DNA of 64,000 nucleotides, taken from the NCBI GenBank assembly GCA_051362555.1, contig CM120649.1:15514567-15578566 (forward strand). The letters run 5' to 3'. The position numbers and the translations under genes were made by a program. Positions 1 to 14,549 of the stretch are shown piece by piece; within the stretch, counting starts at the first letter, position 1, and every line of letters starts with the position of its first letter. The notes beneath the pieces are model-generated. The model saw only the letters and a list, made by a program, of their open reading frames with translations, was not told the DNA's origin and did no database searches. This DNA comes from Lingula anatina (lineage: Eukaryota; Animalia; Brachiopoda).

Positions 1-1713
1 CGTCTTCGCGTCACGGAGAAATTTCATTCTATCATTAATGCATTTTGCATAATTTACATAGTTATTATTTTTAATTTGATAAGTATTGCTAATTTAGTAT
101 TTTGTTTTAACTGTACTGTTTTACCCCTGTACAAAAAATCGCAACTGAAAACAATGATTACCTGGGCGGTGACGCAGTGGCGCAGAAGATGTGACAAGGC
201 CCGACCCCATACCCAGATAAAAGCAGTGCGTGATGGCATGTTAATGTCTGAATAGCATCGAGAGTGCGTATGCGCGAGACAAAGAGAGAGACTGAGACAT
301 TCTCGGTTTTCAAATAATCTAGTCAAAGTCACAAGTCGTATATAGGTAGTAAGAAGAAACTATCGCCGTTTATTACTAGTTCTTTCTTATGAAGCTCCAG
401 TCACACCAATACATATAACGTGCAAACAAGACGTCAGTTTTAGAAATGAATGTCAAAGACTGCAACAATCATCCTGCTGTTAAATGATACTTCAATAATT
501 TAATCATCTCAGACTATTCCACCGTAAACAAACAGGTAAAAAATAGCACTTGTAAGCTTAAGGTTAAACTGGAAAGCGTTCGAGTTTCCTCGTAAAATTA
601 ACAAATTGTGAATTTTTTCGTTCTCACGCGCTCTCAGATTACGAAGTCACCTCATGGAGGCGTTTTTTTAACTCCTGTTAGTCAATTTAGTCAGACAGAA
701 AAATCTGGCAAGGCCAAGAAGCTTCGTTCTAGTGTTATAGTTCCGTTCATCATAGTTGCTTATTTCTGTAAATAAAGGCCTCCGGCCTTGTATTACAATT
801 GTTCTTACATTACATTTTTTTCTTTTAGAAGTAATAATAATAAAAGAAATAATACGAGTGCATGATACATTTAAACTATAGTGCAATAAAATTTATATTT
901 CATAACTCAATGTCTACAGTAGTTGTAAGCTCTAGTCTTGTTTTTTTCTGCATTTAACAAAAATATAGCAATTCTGCGTAACATATATCCATCTTACTCA
1001 CATTGACATTGCAAAAGTTCCCTAATCATTTGATTCTAAGATCTTGGTACAAAGGACACACGAGAAGAAAGTGCATTTCTGTTTCTATTTCACCTTGGCA
1101 ACCTGGACAAACTATTTCATCTCTACCTATAGTCTACCTATAGTCATCAACATGATATTGCAATCTTTCAAACTCCTAGTTGCAGTTTAACGAAACTCCT
1201 CGCAGATTTCCACAGAGCGGTCCGTTTTGTCAATGGTATTGACGTCATGCAAAATCCGAAAAAAATCACGAATACATGCCGCTCCCTGAAGGAAGCGGGT
1301 ATCCGGATATCCGATAACCTACATGTAGCACTTAAGACGTTGCAAAATTAATTATCACAATAAAAGAAATAATTGCATAAGAATAAACTAACTTATAAAT
1401 TATACCTTGGTTGATTATAGGCTACTGTGTCCCGGTTAAGGGTTAGATTTACATATTCCACGTAAAATATTACATGCGAAATCAGAAAAGCCGTAATTAA
1501 CCTTAGAACCCCATCAAAACGCCAAAAACTCAGCAAGCGTGTGGTTCATGGCGAAAAGAGCCAGTGCAGTGTAATTAAATATCACCTGAATAATAAGAAC
1601 TAAGACTTAATACCCATGTATTCTTACCTTAAGATACATGTAAACAAGAATGTATAAACACCACTGTTCCTGTGACAAAAGAGGTAACGGATCTCCGTGA
1701 CTCGAGGTGACTA

Positions 1714-1786
1714 AGGGCGCATTCGGAACCAGTCGATCCGCGGACTAACTAGTCCTCGCATCAAATATGGTGACACCCACTCGAAA
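1714..1786. mobile_element. MITE family A, partial copy
   Basis: Left-TIR-like sequence GGGCGCATTCGGAAC...GGACTAAC...TCAAATATGG...ACCCACT after TAA. Confidence 0.55.
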
Positions 1787-3272
1787 GCGCGCCGAGTTTT
1801 AACTGCCCTGCCCTTGCTGTGGCGGCGGGCGTGAGAGGCGGGAATCCATTGTCATATCCGCGGGCCAGTCAATTGGTTCCGATTCCATATTTTAGATGGT
1901 TCCATATTTTACATGCCAGTTGGTTCCGAATGTGCCCTTACATACACATCTGCCTTGCTGAATCACGCATCTTTCATGAGATCAAAGACGGTAAAGAAGA
2001 TAAATATATCCACCACACACTGATTTAGGCTGATTGAGAAACAAGCATATAGATAATTTCAATCAAAACATGTCCACACTTAAGACCGTTTTAGCTCTCT
2101 TCACTCTGCATACTGTGAATTCGGTCTATTAATATGCGCAACCGATTTCTAAAATTATTTTAGCTCTCTGGGTGTCTGGCTGTATTGTAAACCATATGTT
2201 GAGTATCCATGTACTCATTAATTTATTATTTATTGGACACAAAAATGTTTTTTACATTTAAGGGCACTCTAAACTACTATAAAAAGTTCTATACAATATA
2301 CCTTATAAAATGCAAGTAAATGGATACGACCCCTGAAATTTGACACTAATCATTTGCGTTTGACGTTACCTCATCAATCTTATTTACATTTACAGCCACT
2401 CTCTGCGCAGAAGGTGGATGAAAGATGACGTAAAGCTGTCTGAACTTGTCTGTTAAACCCTGCAAATTTACCTCTGATATAAGATTCATCACATTTACCT
2501 GCCATAAACGCACTTTCCGAACGCTAGTTCAAGTGGTCTGCGGGGAATTAAGATCATAGCTCCCTTACGGCGTGGTTTACATGCATAATAACAGAGAATT
2601 AATCAAGACTCTTAGCTTGAAACAACCTGACGGCGAAATGTCATAATATTTATCATGTTATTTAATATGGCATGTATTTAGTTACCTTAAACACACACTA
2701 CTCTTATAGACCTTTAAGTTTGTCACATTTAATTCTCTTTGATTTGTTATATATTACTTCACTTAGACATTTATTATAAGGTACTCTTAAAGTCTCGTTT
2801 CAAAGACATTGATACAGCGGTGGTAGCCGATTTAGTGACAAAATCAAAGCAACCCACGATCACACCTTATCTGCTAATTGCTTCTGGATCGCATTACAAT
2901 TGAAGAGATAAGGTATTCTTTGATAACATTTGCACTATTCACGACTTGTCCGTGACCATTCTTCAGACTGGCAGCATATTAAAGATATTCTAAACGAGAT
3001 ATTCCTATCTAGCTTTATCTATTTTTCTAAAAAAAAGGTAATTTTTTTCTACTAACGCAATATTGTTTAACCCTACTCTTAACGATATCTGCTTGTGAAA
3101 TGTACAGGAAGACGTGGCGGTCTCAACATTACGGAAAACAGAACTAAATTACTTAAATACGGTATAAAATACCTTTTCTATGTGTACGGGCGGATCGAGT
3201 TATGATACATGGGAAGACAGATTATTGTCATGTCGTTGGTCAGACTGACCAGAAGGTAGTTCATACCTCTAA

Positions 3273-3449
3273 GCGCGCGTTCAGAACAGTGGACTAACAG
3301 ATCCGCGGATCAAATATGGCCGACCCACTTGAAATCTTGTTCCCCGCGGGGAATCTATTCATTGTCTAATTGGGAATTAGGCGGCAAGTTTTTAGTGGGT
3401 CGCCATATTTGATCCACGGATCTGTTAGTCCGCTGTTCTGAATGTGCTC
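3273..3449. mobile_element. MITE family A (PIF/Harbinger, Tourist-like)
   Basis: About 55-bp terminal inverted repeats (G.GC.C.TTCAGAACAG.GGACTAACAGATCCG.GGATCAAATATGGC.GACCCACT), flanked by TAA on both sides. Confidence 0.8.
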
Positions 3450-3842
3450 TAATACGTCTAAAATAAATAAGTAAGACAGTCTTTGTGAATTTTGTAATTA
3501 ATAAGAGCTGGATTTTACTTTATTTTTAAAAGTTTTTATATGTGATGCTAGATAAGATATACATGAAAATTCTATTTAAAAACCAAAAGTTTTTAACTGG
3601 TGATATCTTGGAATAATGCCAAATAATTGAATAATTTGGGTACATATTCAAAATGTGCTGCCAAGCGCATTTTGAGATTTTCTTAAATTCTGCATTTTTG
3701 AGGTAACATATGTATGTATGTTTGTATGTATGTTATCGAAGTCTAAGCCGCACAGCTTAAAGATTTAACAAATGAATGTTCATATTATCCCCCTTTCACC
3801 CCTCCTTCCGAGGATGTGTCCAACAGGAAGCAGTGTTTCCGG

Positions 3843-4221
3843 ATTGGTCAATGATCAGTGACGTCATTGTCACCGCCTGTGTGTATAGTGACTGAAACCA
3901 TTCAAATATCTGTTTGTTTAATTCATCTGTCGCGAGTGCTGCACGCTCTAATACGTCATCAGGGCAAGGTAAACATAGGGTGAGGTTTAATTATTGGTGG
4001 TTTCTCAAATACACCTATATTATAAAGTCCAGCAAAGGGCAGACGACAAGTTATACAAAGGACGCGGCAATCTGCCAAGAGCAAAACATTGTGTGGAAAC
4101 AGTTTATTAATTCCAGGTCGTTTCTGAACGAGCGAAAATTGACAGAAACAGGCGACTAACCAAACGTCCAAACAGACTACAGTTTTTTAACACCTCTTTT
4201 GCGCGAGGAGCAGCGCTTCAG
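3843..4221 (+). promoter_or_regulatory. Putative promoter and non-coding first exon of the neuropeptide-precursor gene
   Basis: Inverted CCAAT (ATTGG 3843-3847), palindromic CRE TGACGTCA 3859-3866, TATAAA 4021-4026 and a strong donor CAG|GTAAGC at 4221/4222. The link to the acceptor at 14547 is inferred. Confidence 0.5.
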
Positions 4222-6872
4222 GTAAGCTGGTTATTTTGTCGACGGGTTTTTGCGAGGTGATTGTTATAGTCACTTGTGGTTTTCTTTACAAGTAAGCCAT
4301 TGGTTTTTTGCCTTAAGAGACGCGATTTGATACTACTCATTTGGAGACGAAGAAAAGAATCGGAGGCAAAAGCGTAAGGGAAAAACAGCGTTATAGCTAT
4401 TGCATTTTAGAACATAAAAATTACGATAATTATGATGATAACAATATTGATAATAATAATGATAAGTTATAAGTCAGGAATTAGTCTAGTGCTGTCTAGA
4501 ATATTTCAAAATTCATACGACGGGAGTAACTATTCCTTTTTTTTTTTTTTTTTTTTTGTAAATAAATCAGTCGACAAGAATAAAAACAAATCAAAATGTA
4601 GCTGACAGTTGAACTAAGGAGTCCATACTATGCTCTTCACATTTAGTATGAAATCTGATGGGATGCCACTAACATGAAGTTTGTATGTAAAATGATAATT
4701 TTTCAAAAATATTCTTTCTATCAGCGCTTTGCAAAAATATTCAATACAAGTATTGTAGATACTTAAAGCAAACGGAGTGGTGTTGAAACCCGAGTAACTG
4801 TAAGTTTAGGATTTGTGAGGAAACAATATCTTATTTCCCTCTTGGCTAACATCACATTTATTTCAAGGTGTCCGTTTCGTTATTACAGTTTTCAGCGGCT
4901 CTTTACTGGAGACACGCATTTTCGCCGGCCTTATGTTCGACAGGAGGTTTGATCAAAGTAACAACTAGTTTTAACTCATTTAAAAAACATAAAAACGTGT
5001 TGTATCTGTGCTAACTACTAATTACATTATTATAAAAATTTAACTATATGTCTATGTTAAGCTTTTTCCATGCTTTATTCATCTTTTCTTCTTTTAATAC
5101 GTATGAATCCAAACATTCCGGTAATGTTTTGTTATAAAAAGTAATTATACATACAATTAACAATCCTGCAATGTTACAGAATTTCAAAAGAAGGAAAAAC
5201 AAAAGTCATTCGAAAAATTGTGAAATGATAATGACACTGATAGGCTCTTTTCCTCATGTAAGAAGCGGATTTTGATATATAGGCCTACTTTTGTATATAT
5301 GTTTCAATCGAGATTCAAATTCAGGCGTCTTGGTTCGTCTATGGGGAGAGGGGAGAGGACAGAGGACAGAGGGGTTTCTATAAATGTTTCATTTTCTCAC
5401 GAAATAGGCAACACCCCCCCCCCCCCTCCCATTCAATACAAGGATCTCGCATTCCTCCTTGGCGAGATGCCAGTTAGGATTTCGCTTTGGCCAGAATCAA
5501 ATCCAAACACATCGGTGCCTCATTGTGACATGAATACTGTTCTTGATCAGAGACTACGACTCAATTTGTGTCGGATACAAGAGGAAAGGCATGCCATATT
5601 ACTTTTTAGTTATTATGGATCCTTCACATTATAAATCTATTGTAATTCAAAAGAAATAAATAGAGAGATGATCCAAAAAAGTGAAAGGGCGTTGCCGTTT
5701 TTGAAGGCCACCGATTGTGTCTTCAAATCAATTGTATAAAAGGTCAAAAAGCCAAGTTGTGATATTTTCAGATACCCTATTAGACCAGTTTGCACACCTG
5801 CTCCTCCAAATTTAAACGTTCCGAAATTGTCTACCAATTCGTTTGCTTCTACCAAGACTCAGGTGGTATTAATTTCTTTAAGCAATGAAACAACTTCATC
5901 TGAAGCATTTTCGGAACTGTCATTAGATGCAATGTGGTGTCCTCAGTAACGATATAACCATGAGGCATAAGTGATCATACAAACACCACACCCAACCTCT
6001 TCTCGATGGTGTTCTGACACGAACAAGACTGGAAACCCGTCGGGCAAAATCTTCACGCCTCTGAGTCACACAGCTAATGAAACAGAGCCCCCCTATTTCC
6101 TGAATATAGGCTGCTTTCCTACGCTTTAATCTCCAGCGTTGTTCAACTTAACGGCGGAAACAGGGGATACTTCCACTCAGTCCCCCCGGACGTGGCGAAA
6201 ACGCATGGAGAACTTTTAACTCTGTTCAAAGCAAAGCTGTGGCAGTTTTTAATGGTGTGTACAGGAATCTCGGTGTCTCTCTACACACACACAGTGACGC
6301 AGCGGGGCAAAATGCAGTTGATTAAAAACAGCGTGGACTCAGGTTGTAAAGGTTTATGCAGGAATTTCGGAGTCTTTTTTTCCAGAAACTGTATCATATT
6401 TGGCTTGAATACACAAGGGGGCAGGCATAATGTCCTTTATGATATGGGATCTCATTTAATTAATGACAGATAGGCATACGTATGCCCCCGGCCTTAAGAG
6501 TGTAATTAGCCGGCTGGCACGTGAAATTATTCAGGAGGCGCTCTTTCTGTCTCGCGAGAAGCGCTGTTTGTTGTATTTTTGGATGAATTCCAACAACAAT
6601 GCATGTGCGAAGTTTGTACAAAGACTAATCGAGACGTGAAGTAGGTCGATTTTACTCTCTGTCGGGGTCCCTTCTGGCTGTTACGAATTTGGACGAAGGA
6701 TCTCGACATATTTGTACCAGCTAGGAGGGCCTCTGGCAGAGGTTGGGTCGATCTTTCCTCTTTTGAAATTTTGATTAAGTGTTAATGACTATCTTTGTTT
6801 GTTAACTATTAAATAAATAATTAAATGGTTGCTTGGGTTTAGGCAAGTCGCCTTGTCCTCCTGCCAGCATGT

Positions 6873-7470
6873 CTGTTAGTCATCCAGCCCTTCAGGCATC
6901 CAGCCCGTAAGTGCAGCCCATCAGTCAGTCAACCCGTCAGTCATCCAACCCATCAGTCAGTAAGCCCATCAGTCATCCGGCCCATTAGTCAGTAATCCCG
7001 TCAGTCGTCCAGCCCATCAGTCAGATAATCCGTCAGTCATCCAGCCCATCAGTCAGTAAGCCCGTCAGTCAGCCAGCCCAGCGGTCAGTCAGTCAGCAAT
7101 CCTACCAGTCAACCAGCTAGTCCATAAGTCGTTCAGTCCTGCAGCCAGTAAGCCCGTCAGCTAGTCAGTCCGTCAACTACTCAGTCCGTCAGTTAACCAT
7201 TCCGTCAGCTAGTAAGTCCGTCAGTTTGTCGGCAGTCATCAATCGCGCCAGTCATCCAGTAAGTCATTCAGCCCGCCAGCCAGTAAGCCTGTCAGCTAGT
7301 CAACCCAGCATTCAGTCAGCCCGTCGGCTAGTCAGCCTGTTAGTCGGTCAGCCCGTTCCATCAGTTAGTCAGCTCAGCATTCAGTCAGCCCGTCAGTTAG
7401 TCAGCTCAGCATTCAGTCAGCCCGTCAGTTAGTCAGCCTGCCAGGCAGTCAGATATCTAGCATCAGTAGG
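6873..7470. repeat. Degenerate minisatellite built from CAGT / AGCCCGTCAGT units
   Basis: Dozens of imperfect AGCCC(G/A)TCAGTCA units, intronic. Confidence 0.85.
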
Positions 7471-8399
7471 CTAACTGCCTGCCAACCCGTCAATTAGTCG
7501 GAAGAATCTGGGTCATATTTGCGACGAATTACATCTGCAAAACTTAAAGGAAACAGATAAGCTTCCTACCACTCCTGTCAGAATCCTTCGAACTAATGAT
7601 GATATTTGTTATGTGATGATTAACAATATGATGCAAAATCTTTCAATTTCCACTCTTCCCGCGGATTAAAAACAAAACCTTTAATATTAAATGCGATGGC
7701 CATCATTCACGGAAACGATGTATCTAGATTATAACCTGGCTGATTGTTCTTGTGTCGCCTGGTCGGTAATTAAATAAGAAGTGTCAGGCGATCGTCTCAA
7801 CTAAAGGGAAGTATAATTTTACAATATGCTGTCAAACCTCCATAGTTGCCTAGAAAACGGAACTCTTCTTACGTAGATCTATTGCCTAATGTCTTATTAA
7901 GCCTGGAATCAAGTCTGGGAACAATAGGGGTCTGTCCATGATACTAGTATGTAGAATTCGCGTAGATGCGTATGGCGGGTTTCTATATACAGTAGTTATA
8001 TGCTTAAATATGAGAATTTGTTTACATTGTCATAGCAAATATGTGGTTAGATAATCAGTTTAGAAAATTATGAAGCTATTCTGCAGGTGACTTTTAGGTC
8101 GTATTCATATATCCTGGGATTTTCTCCCCACTTGACTCATGAATCATCGCTAGACCTGTTCTTACACTAGATTTGATTTGATGTTCTGAACCATTTCTAA
8201 TAAGGTAATTTAACTCTCTAATTAGAAAATCTAATTCAATGCCGAGTAGGGCTTTTAGACCACCATACTTTCCAGAACATTTTAGAAGGAAATATTGACA
8301 TCAGGTATTTTAAATTTCATTTAGGGTTTTTGACCGTTTTTAAAGTCCGAGATTGACAATTTGGCAGGATACGTAGGCAAGAGAAAAAAAAACAACTAT

Positions 8400-8608
8400 G
8401 GGCCTGTTCAGAATCAAGTGGATCCGCGGATCAACTGATCCCCAGATCAAATATGGCCGACCCACTTGAAAGCTTGTCGCATAACCCCCAAATAGACACT
8501 GAACAGATTCCCCACTGGGATTACGCGGTAAGTTTTCAAATAGGGTCGGCCATATTTGATCCGCAGATCCGTTAGTCCGCGGATCAACTTCTGCTGTTAG
8601 TGCGGCCT
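8400..8608. mobile_element. MITE family A copy
   Basis: Shares GATCAAATATGGCCGACCCACTTGAA and its inverted complement with the other copies. Confidence 0.7.
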
Positions 8609-10483
8609 TTGGGGCATTTTAATCCAAACCGTCATAGTATACCTGTACCTGTAAACTCGGGGTAGCCACTTTCTGACCTGCTATGCACTTAGCTGTAGGG
8701 CTTTTAATGACAACCAACAGATGTTTTTTATGTCACCTTTTAATTAAGACCGACACGTTTCGTTAATTCAATCAACTCTAAGCCTCACGATTCCGGGGCA
8801 AGTATAAATTGTCCTCGGAGATTAACGCCGGTCCCAGGGGCACAGCAATACAGGTGGATGATGAGTGGAAATTGCTGGTAGTTATCAATGAAAAGGTTTA
8901 CATTAAAGGCAAAGCATCCTTGTTAGACCTTTAAATAATAATAATAATAATAAATAAATAAATAAAAAAGAATAAAAAAAAAAATTTCTACAACTTCATT
9001 CTATCAACAAAGTATACAGTCTAAAACAGTTGAGAAAATTACTAAATATAAACCCGTTTCTAATTTGTGAAGTTACTGAAATTGAAATGCATTAGTCTCC
9101 ATCTCAATTTCAGCATTTGGTCAGGCTCAAAGAATATTTGAAAATACGGTTGATTAATCTGAAATGGCTATTTTGGAACGTGGTAATCTATGTTTGTGTC
9201 GAAATTTCCGGGAAATAAGCTATTTGCTATTTCGCAAACAAGGATCCACAATAACCCTTCTTGGTATGTGTGGTATTTTTGGTATTTTGATTACGCATGA
9301 TCAACACATTCAATGGATAGTCAAGAATATCAACATGTATGTCTTCTTTACACAACTTTCTAGTTAACTTTAAAATTATTCTTTACAAATTTAAACAAAT
9401 ACCAAAGAAATGGATATTTTATGCCGGAAAAGCACATGGGGAGTTAAATGCATATATACAACACTTTGGGAAACCTTGAAACCGTACCAGATTACCAAGA
9501 CCGAAAAACTGAAAACTGAAACCTGCATGGACGACGGCAAACCTACAGATGGAACATAATCACCACTTTTCTGGGGAATACTCATAGAAATCCCACTTTA
9601 CAATAAGTGATAATAACCGGGACTTAAGAATATAAGTACTTGAAAAGCACTCGGAAAATCCAATTGAGACACTCAACGCCTGTTGATCGTGTCGTGAAGT
9701 ATTTAACGATTACAGCCGTCTCATTAAACGAACGCTACGAACCGACATATGGCGCGATTTGCAAGATACAGCCACGTACAAACAATGCCCTGTGGACCAA
9801 CGATTGGATTTCGAAAGAACATTTTGACAACTCGAGTTTCAAGAAGCAGGCTGAGGCATGGAATAGTAGGTACACGAGACAGCAGAGAAGGTGCCAATTC
9901 AAAGCCAGGCAGTTCATGGGTTTTTGGACTCTTAATTCATCCCTCATTTTCCTTTTAAGATAGCCCATGCGTTTATCTTAGGGTAAAAAAAAAAACGAAA
10001 CTGTACCTGTTTTAACTAGAAAAGCACCTAGAGTTCAGCCAAGGCCGCTCATTTCTCACTATTAACTGATTAACCAATTAATGGATCACCATTAAAATCT
10101 AACCAATTTTAAGTCAGCCAACTATAGACCTGTCATGAAAATTTAATCAAAACCCGTTCATAATTTATTTTTGAGTGAGACTGGTAGCTGCCGAACCCAA
10201 AATGAAGGTAAAAAAAGTTCTCAAAATCATAGATTATAATTATCGAGTACATTTTTAATTTGGAAAGCAATGACAATTGTTAGACACTGTATTTGCGTTA
10301 TGCGTTCGTTAAATTGCGTTATTTGTGCAATGAACATCATTTTGCAGTTAGTCTCCAATCAATCGGGCAAAGACAACGTTGCGTGTATCACCTACATTGA
10401 GGAGAACCCAAAACGCAATTCCAAGGATAGGGACATCGAACGGCGTGCAACAGTATTCTTTTGAAAAATGTAGTTTTCGTTAT

Positions 10484-10496
10484 TTCTCTCTCTCTC

Positions 10497-10528
<32 letters not shown>
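10484..10528. repeat. (CT)n microsatellite; another at 11322-11387
   Basis: Direct reading. Confidence 0.9.
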
Positions 10529-10530
<2 letters not shown>

Positions 10531-11323
10531 GACATGAATACTGTCAGCTTAATGACCGCTGTCTTTCATATGCACCCTTTTTCGCGGCATTGGGTATTAT
10601 GAAGGCAAGATGCACTCTCTCTCTCTCTCTCTCTGCATGCATAACCGCCCCCTCCTAACGTTGCCATACTACCGTGACATATCATCCTGGTACATGACGT
10701 CCTTGTGACACTCGCCCTGATATATTACCACAATCATTGTGTTTATTCAATGATCTGATAATTTATCGTCTTTAGATAAGCTCATGAATACAATATAATT
10801 ACCTTGATATGTTATATTTGATTTGATAGAGGTATGGAACTGTGACGAAGTTGATGTCTTTAATTTTTGCTGTTACATGTACGCGATGCAGTAAATATGG
10901 AATTCTGTTATAATCTTCCATATTATTTATTAACTACTTTCCAGTTGATTCCTGCGCCGCTTTCTTTCCTTTTCTAACTCTACCTCATGCAATCTCCAGC
11001 GGCCTTCTCTCTGTTTACATAACACGAAGTTGTATTAGTATCATAAGAGCATGTCAATCAACTCAGTTCCTCTACAAAACACTCCCCTCTCCTTACTGCT
11101 TCGTGGCTGTCAATTACCAACGTTACAGAAAGTGCGCGTGTGTGTGTGTGCGCGCGTGTGTCCTTGGGTGTGTTCTTTTGTTTTTGTGTCAATAGTTGTA
11201 TTATGTGCAACCATGGAACTGAATGGGACGCCTTGTATACTTGTAAGTGATGGTGTCCCTTGTACAGGCGCACAATCAAATAAACGCCACATCTAGCAGT
11301 GGGAACAACTTGGGACCCCCCCC

Positions 11324-11354
<31 letters not shown>

Positions 11355-12918
11355 CTCCTTCTCTCTCTCTTTCTCTCTCTCTCTCTCGTGTGCATAGAAA
11401 GGAAGAGAACCGTTGTCCTTACGCCTTACTTGCCATATTTCTGTCACCATCTATTGACTCTGTTTACTTCGACTTTGCATTCTTAATTCTAAATCACCCA
11501 CTGCGAGGCTAGTGTCAAAAGTGCATCGAACTATATATTTATCGTTAATACATCCGGTCGCGTAGAAAGCTTTATCGGTTAATAAAGGATGTGGTTCCAA
11601 TGGACATCCTCATGTCTGCATAGGGACTATTCAGACTATCCACGATTAAATATGTTTAAACTGTACGTGATTAACGTTTTTTATGATTTTTTTTTTCTTT
11701 CGCTGCCTAGCTTATATATTTTATTGCATTATCTTTTGTTCGTTATCTCCCTTTTATATGATATATAAGTATTCATTTATGGAAACTCGGTATTATCAAA
11801 GGTAATTGTATGTAAACAAAGAATCAATTATACACGAATGAAATCTATCGTGAAGATAAATTTGATGTTTATCACCTGGCGTCAGGGTTCACACTGATTG
11901 CAGCCGATTACTCATTTCCCTTTTCAAGGCAATCTCTTCTGCTTTTACTTGTTTCCTGCATATTATGTCGTCTCAGTGGCAAGCGACAAAAGTGTACAAA
12001 AACTGATTAAATTTTTTCACTATCTTTTTTTCTGGAAAGAGGGTTGTCGTCATTATTGAAGAAGATGCAATTGCGGTCAGATGCATATTTTCCAAGAAAA
12101 GAAAAAGTGACATTTTATCAAAAATATGTTTGAAACATTTCCAAAGAACACATAAGATACCCTCCTGTTGGGGGTGTGTGGTTTATTTAAAGAAGAATGT
12201 CAAAAATTAAGCATTTTATCGCAGAATATCGAAAATCAGCATGAAATATTCCATTGCCTTAGTGCTTTTAGTTGTCTTCATCGTGTCTATTTTTCTGTGC
12301 GCAGATTATCAGGTTTGATTTTTCAAGGTGCAAAAACCGGTCCTTCCTGCGAGGAAACGGACTAGACAGCATAATTCTTGTAAGCATGCCTTACGTGCTT
12401 CCTCCGGTTCGCATTTACTTCTGGACTCTCGGTTTTCCTGAGAACTAACGTGCACAGCGTTTTAATACGGAGACGCGAACAACATCGCTATTATATGATC
12501 TGGCTGGGGCACGCGGCATTGCACGCAGCCGACCCTGAGGTTCAAGGGGTCATGCAAAATGATTTTTGCGTTTGATGCAGATTGCCATAGTAACGCTTTT
12601 AACGTCTGCGTTGAATGCAATCGGTGTGGAAACACGTTGGAAGTTGCGTGACAACATGCTGACGTTCATATCCGTGTCACCTAAAAGATGACAAAGAAAT
12701 CAAACTGGTTATTTTCCCTTTCGTTTGTTCATATATGGTAGTAGCATGGCTATATAAATGATAGTGTACAGCATCCTTTATTACTACATATATTTTATTT
12801 AAATTGGGAGGAACTTAATGGATAATTTTTCTTGTGAGACCTCAGAGAACAGATAAGTGAAAAAGTCCGTACATGGCAATCGGGGGGTCAAAAACTTGAA
12901 TATTCTGGCACTGTTTAA

Positions 12919-13105
12919 GAGCACATTCAGAACAGCTGACTAACATGTCCGCGGATCGAATATGGCCGACCCACTAGAATGCCAGTTTCGTAATCCCCTC
13001 GGGGAATCTATTCAGTGTCTAATCAGGAATAAAGGGGCAAGCTTTTCAGTGGGTCGCCATATTTGATCGGCGGATCTGTTAGTACGCTGTTCTGAATGCG
13101 TGCTC
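12919..13105. mobile_element. MITE family A copy
   Basis: GAGCACATTCAGAACAG...CTGTTCTGAATGCGTGCTC, same internal sequence as 3273-3449. Confidence 0.8.
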
Positions 13106-13397
13106 TATGAAGAGTGTCTGGCCTGAAGTCCTCCATAATTCTTCCATAGCACAGCAGATAACATTGTAAACATCAAATACGGTATGGAATATATTGGCCT
13201 GAAAAAAAATCCTTGGACCCGTCAAAGATAAGTTTACCCCCAAAACGCAGGCATTATATCATTCGACAGATTATGAAATTAAAAACACTAAAATTGCTGA
13301 AAATGAGCAATTTTCATTTATTCATCATTCCGTTAATCATTTGCACTTGGTAACTGAAGTCGTGCAATACCTTGTGAATGCACCGTACCTATGAAGC

Positions 13398-13448
<51 letters not shown>
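13398..13448. repeat. (AAT)n microsatellite
   Basis: Direct reading. Confidence 0.95.
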
Positions 13449-13450
<2 letters not shown>

Positions 13451-14243
13451 CATATTTGAAAGAAATACCGAACGATGGCAAACAAGCCGTTCGCGACAAT
13501 AAAAACACAAGCTCACACTGTTAGCTAATCTCGATACTTGAGATTCGATCGTATTGAATGTTAATTTCTGTCTCGCAAGCAACTGCTGCCCGGCCACAAC
13601 TAAACCTTTATTGCACTAATTGCTTCGAACTTAAGGTTACGTGCAAAAGTTTTTGTCACGGGATTAATTAACTATAAGGACCTTTCACTTGGACGATATT
13701 TTATACGTCAAGTTATCAGCGGGGTAACGAGATATTGGTAAGATAAGACTTAATCCAGCAGATTGGGAGTCTTTTGAAAAGTATGGATATCTGTCACAGG
13801 GATTTTGACTTTCCACGCATATTTCACGTGGTAAAGCACATGTTGTCTATATATTATAAGTAATCGGTATGAAAGCTGTGAGATGGGGATCATCAGTCCA
13901 GATGTGTGACACTAATCTTTGTCATGTTCTAACTATACATGTATAAACGGTTCAAGTAGGTCGTAATTACATAAGGTATTCCCGGGAAAAGCAATTAGTG
14001 AACATTTATCAGGTATTGTTTGAAGGACGTAAAAGCACCTGATGCTACAGCTTGTAACTCGCACCCATGAATTGCTTTATAGGCAATTTTCGTTGAAGCG
14101 GCCTCATCATTTCTTAGATTGTTCTACTGGTACATCGGCTACGCCTATGTGATCGGCCGCGGCTTACTGGCTACCATTGTGACTTTTCTTTTTGATTTAG
14201 AAGGAAGTACGTTTTGGGCTTGTGTATGTACATGTATGCCCGT

Positions 14244-14283
<40 letters not shown>

Positions 14284-14549
14284 GGTGGGTGTGCAAGCGT
14301 GTGTGTGAGTGCTTGAGTGCATGTGCGTGCGCGTGTGTGTGAGCTTCCACGTACGCGTGAGTCAGCGAATTGCCATATCTGGCATGATAGACGCATATTA
14401 GGAGCCCCTGACGGCAAACCTCTTCCCTTAAAAAGACAAAACAGACCAAAGCCTTTTTACTCACAATATGAAGGTAACTGACGACCAGATTGCCTCGCGG
14501 ACCACTATAACAGCTCGTGTAAGTCACACCTTACTTTTTATTTTCAGCG

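Noticed and set aside
7226-14527. Low-complexity ORFs (SQ-, LS-, ER-, HT-, poly-Y-rich)
   Set aside because: Translations of micro- and minisatellites.
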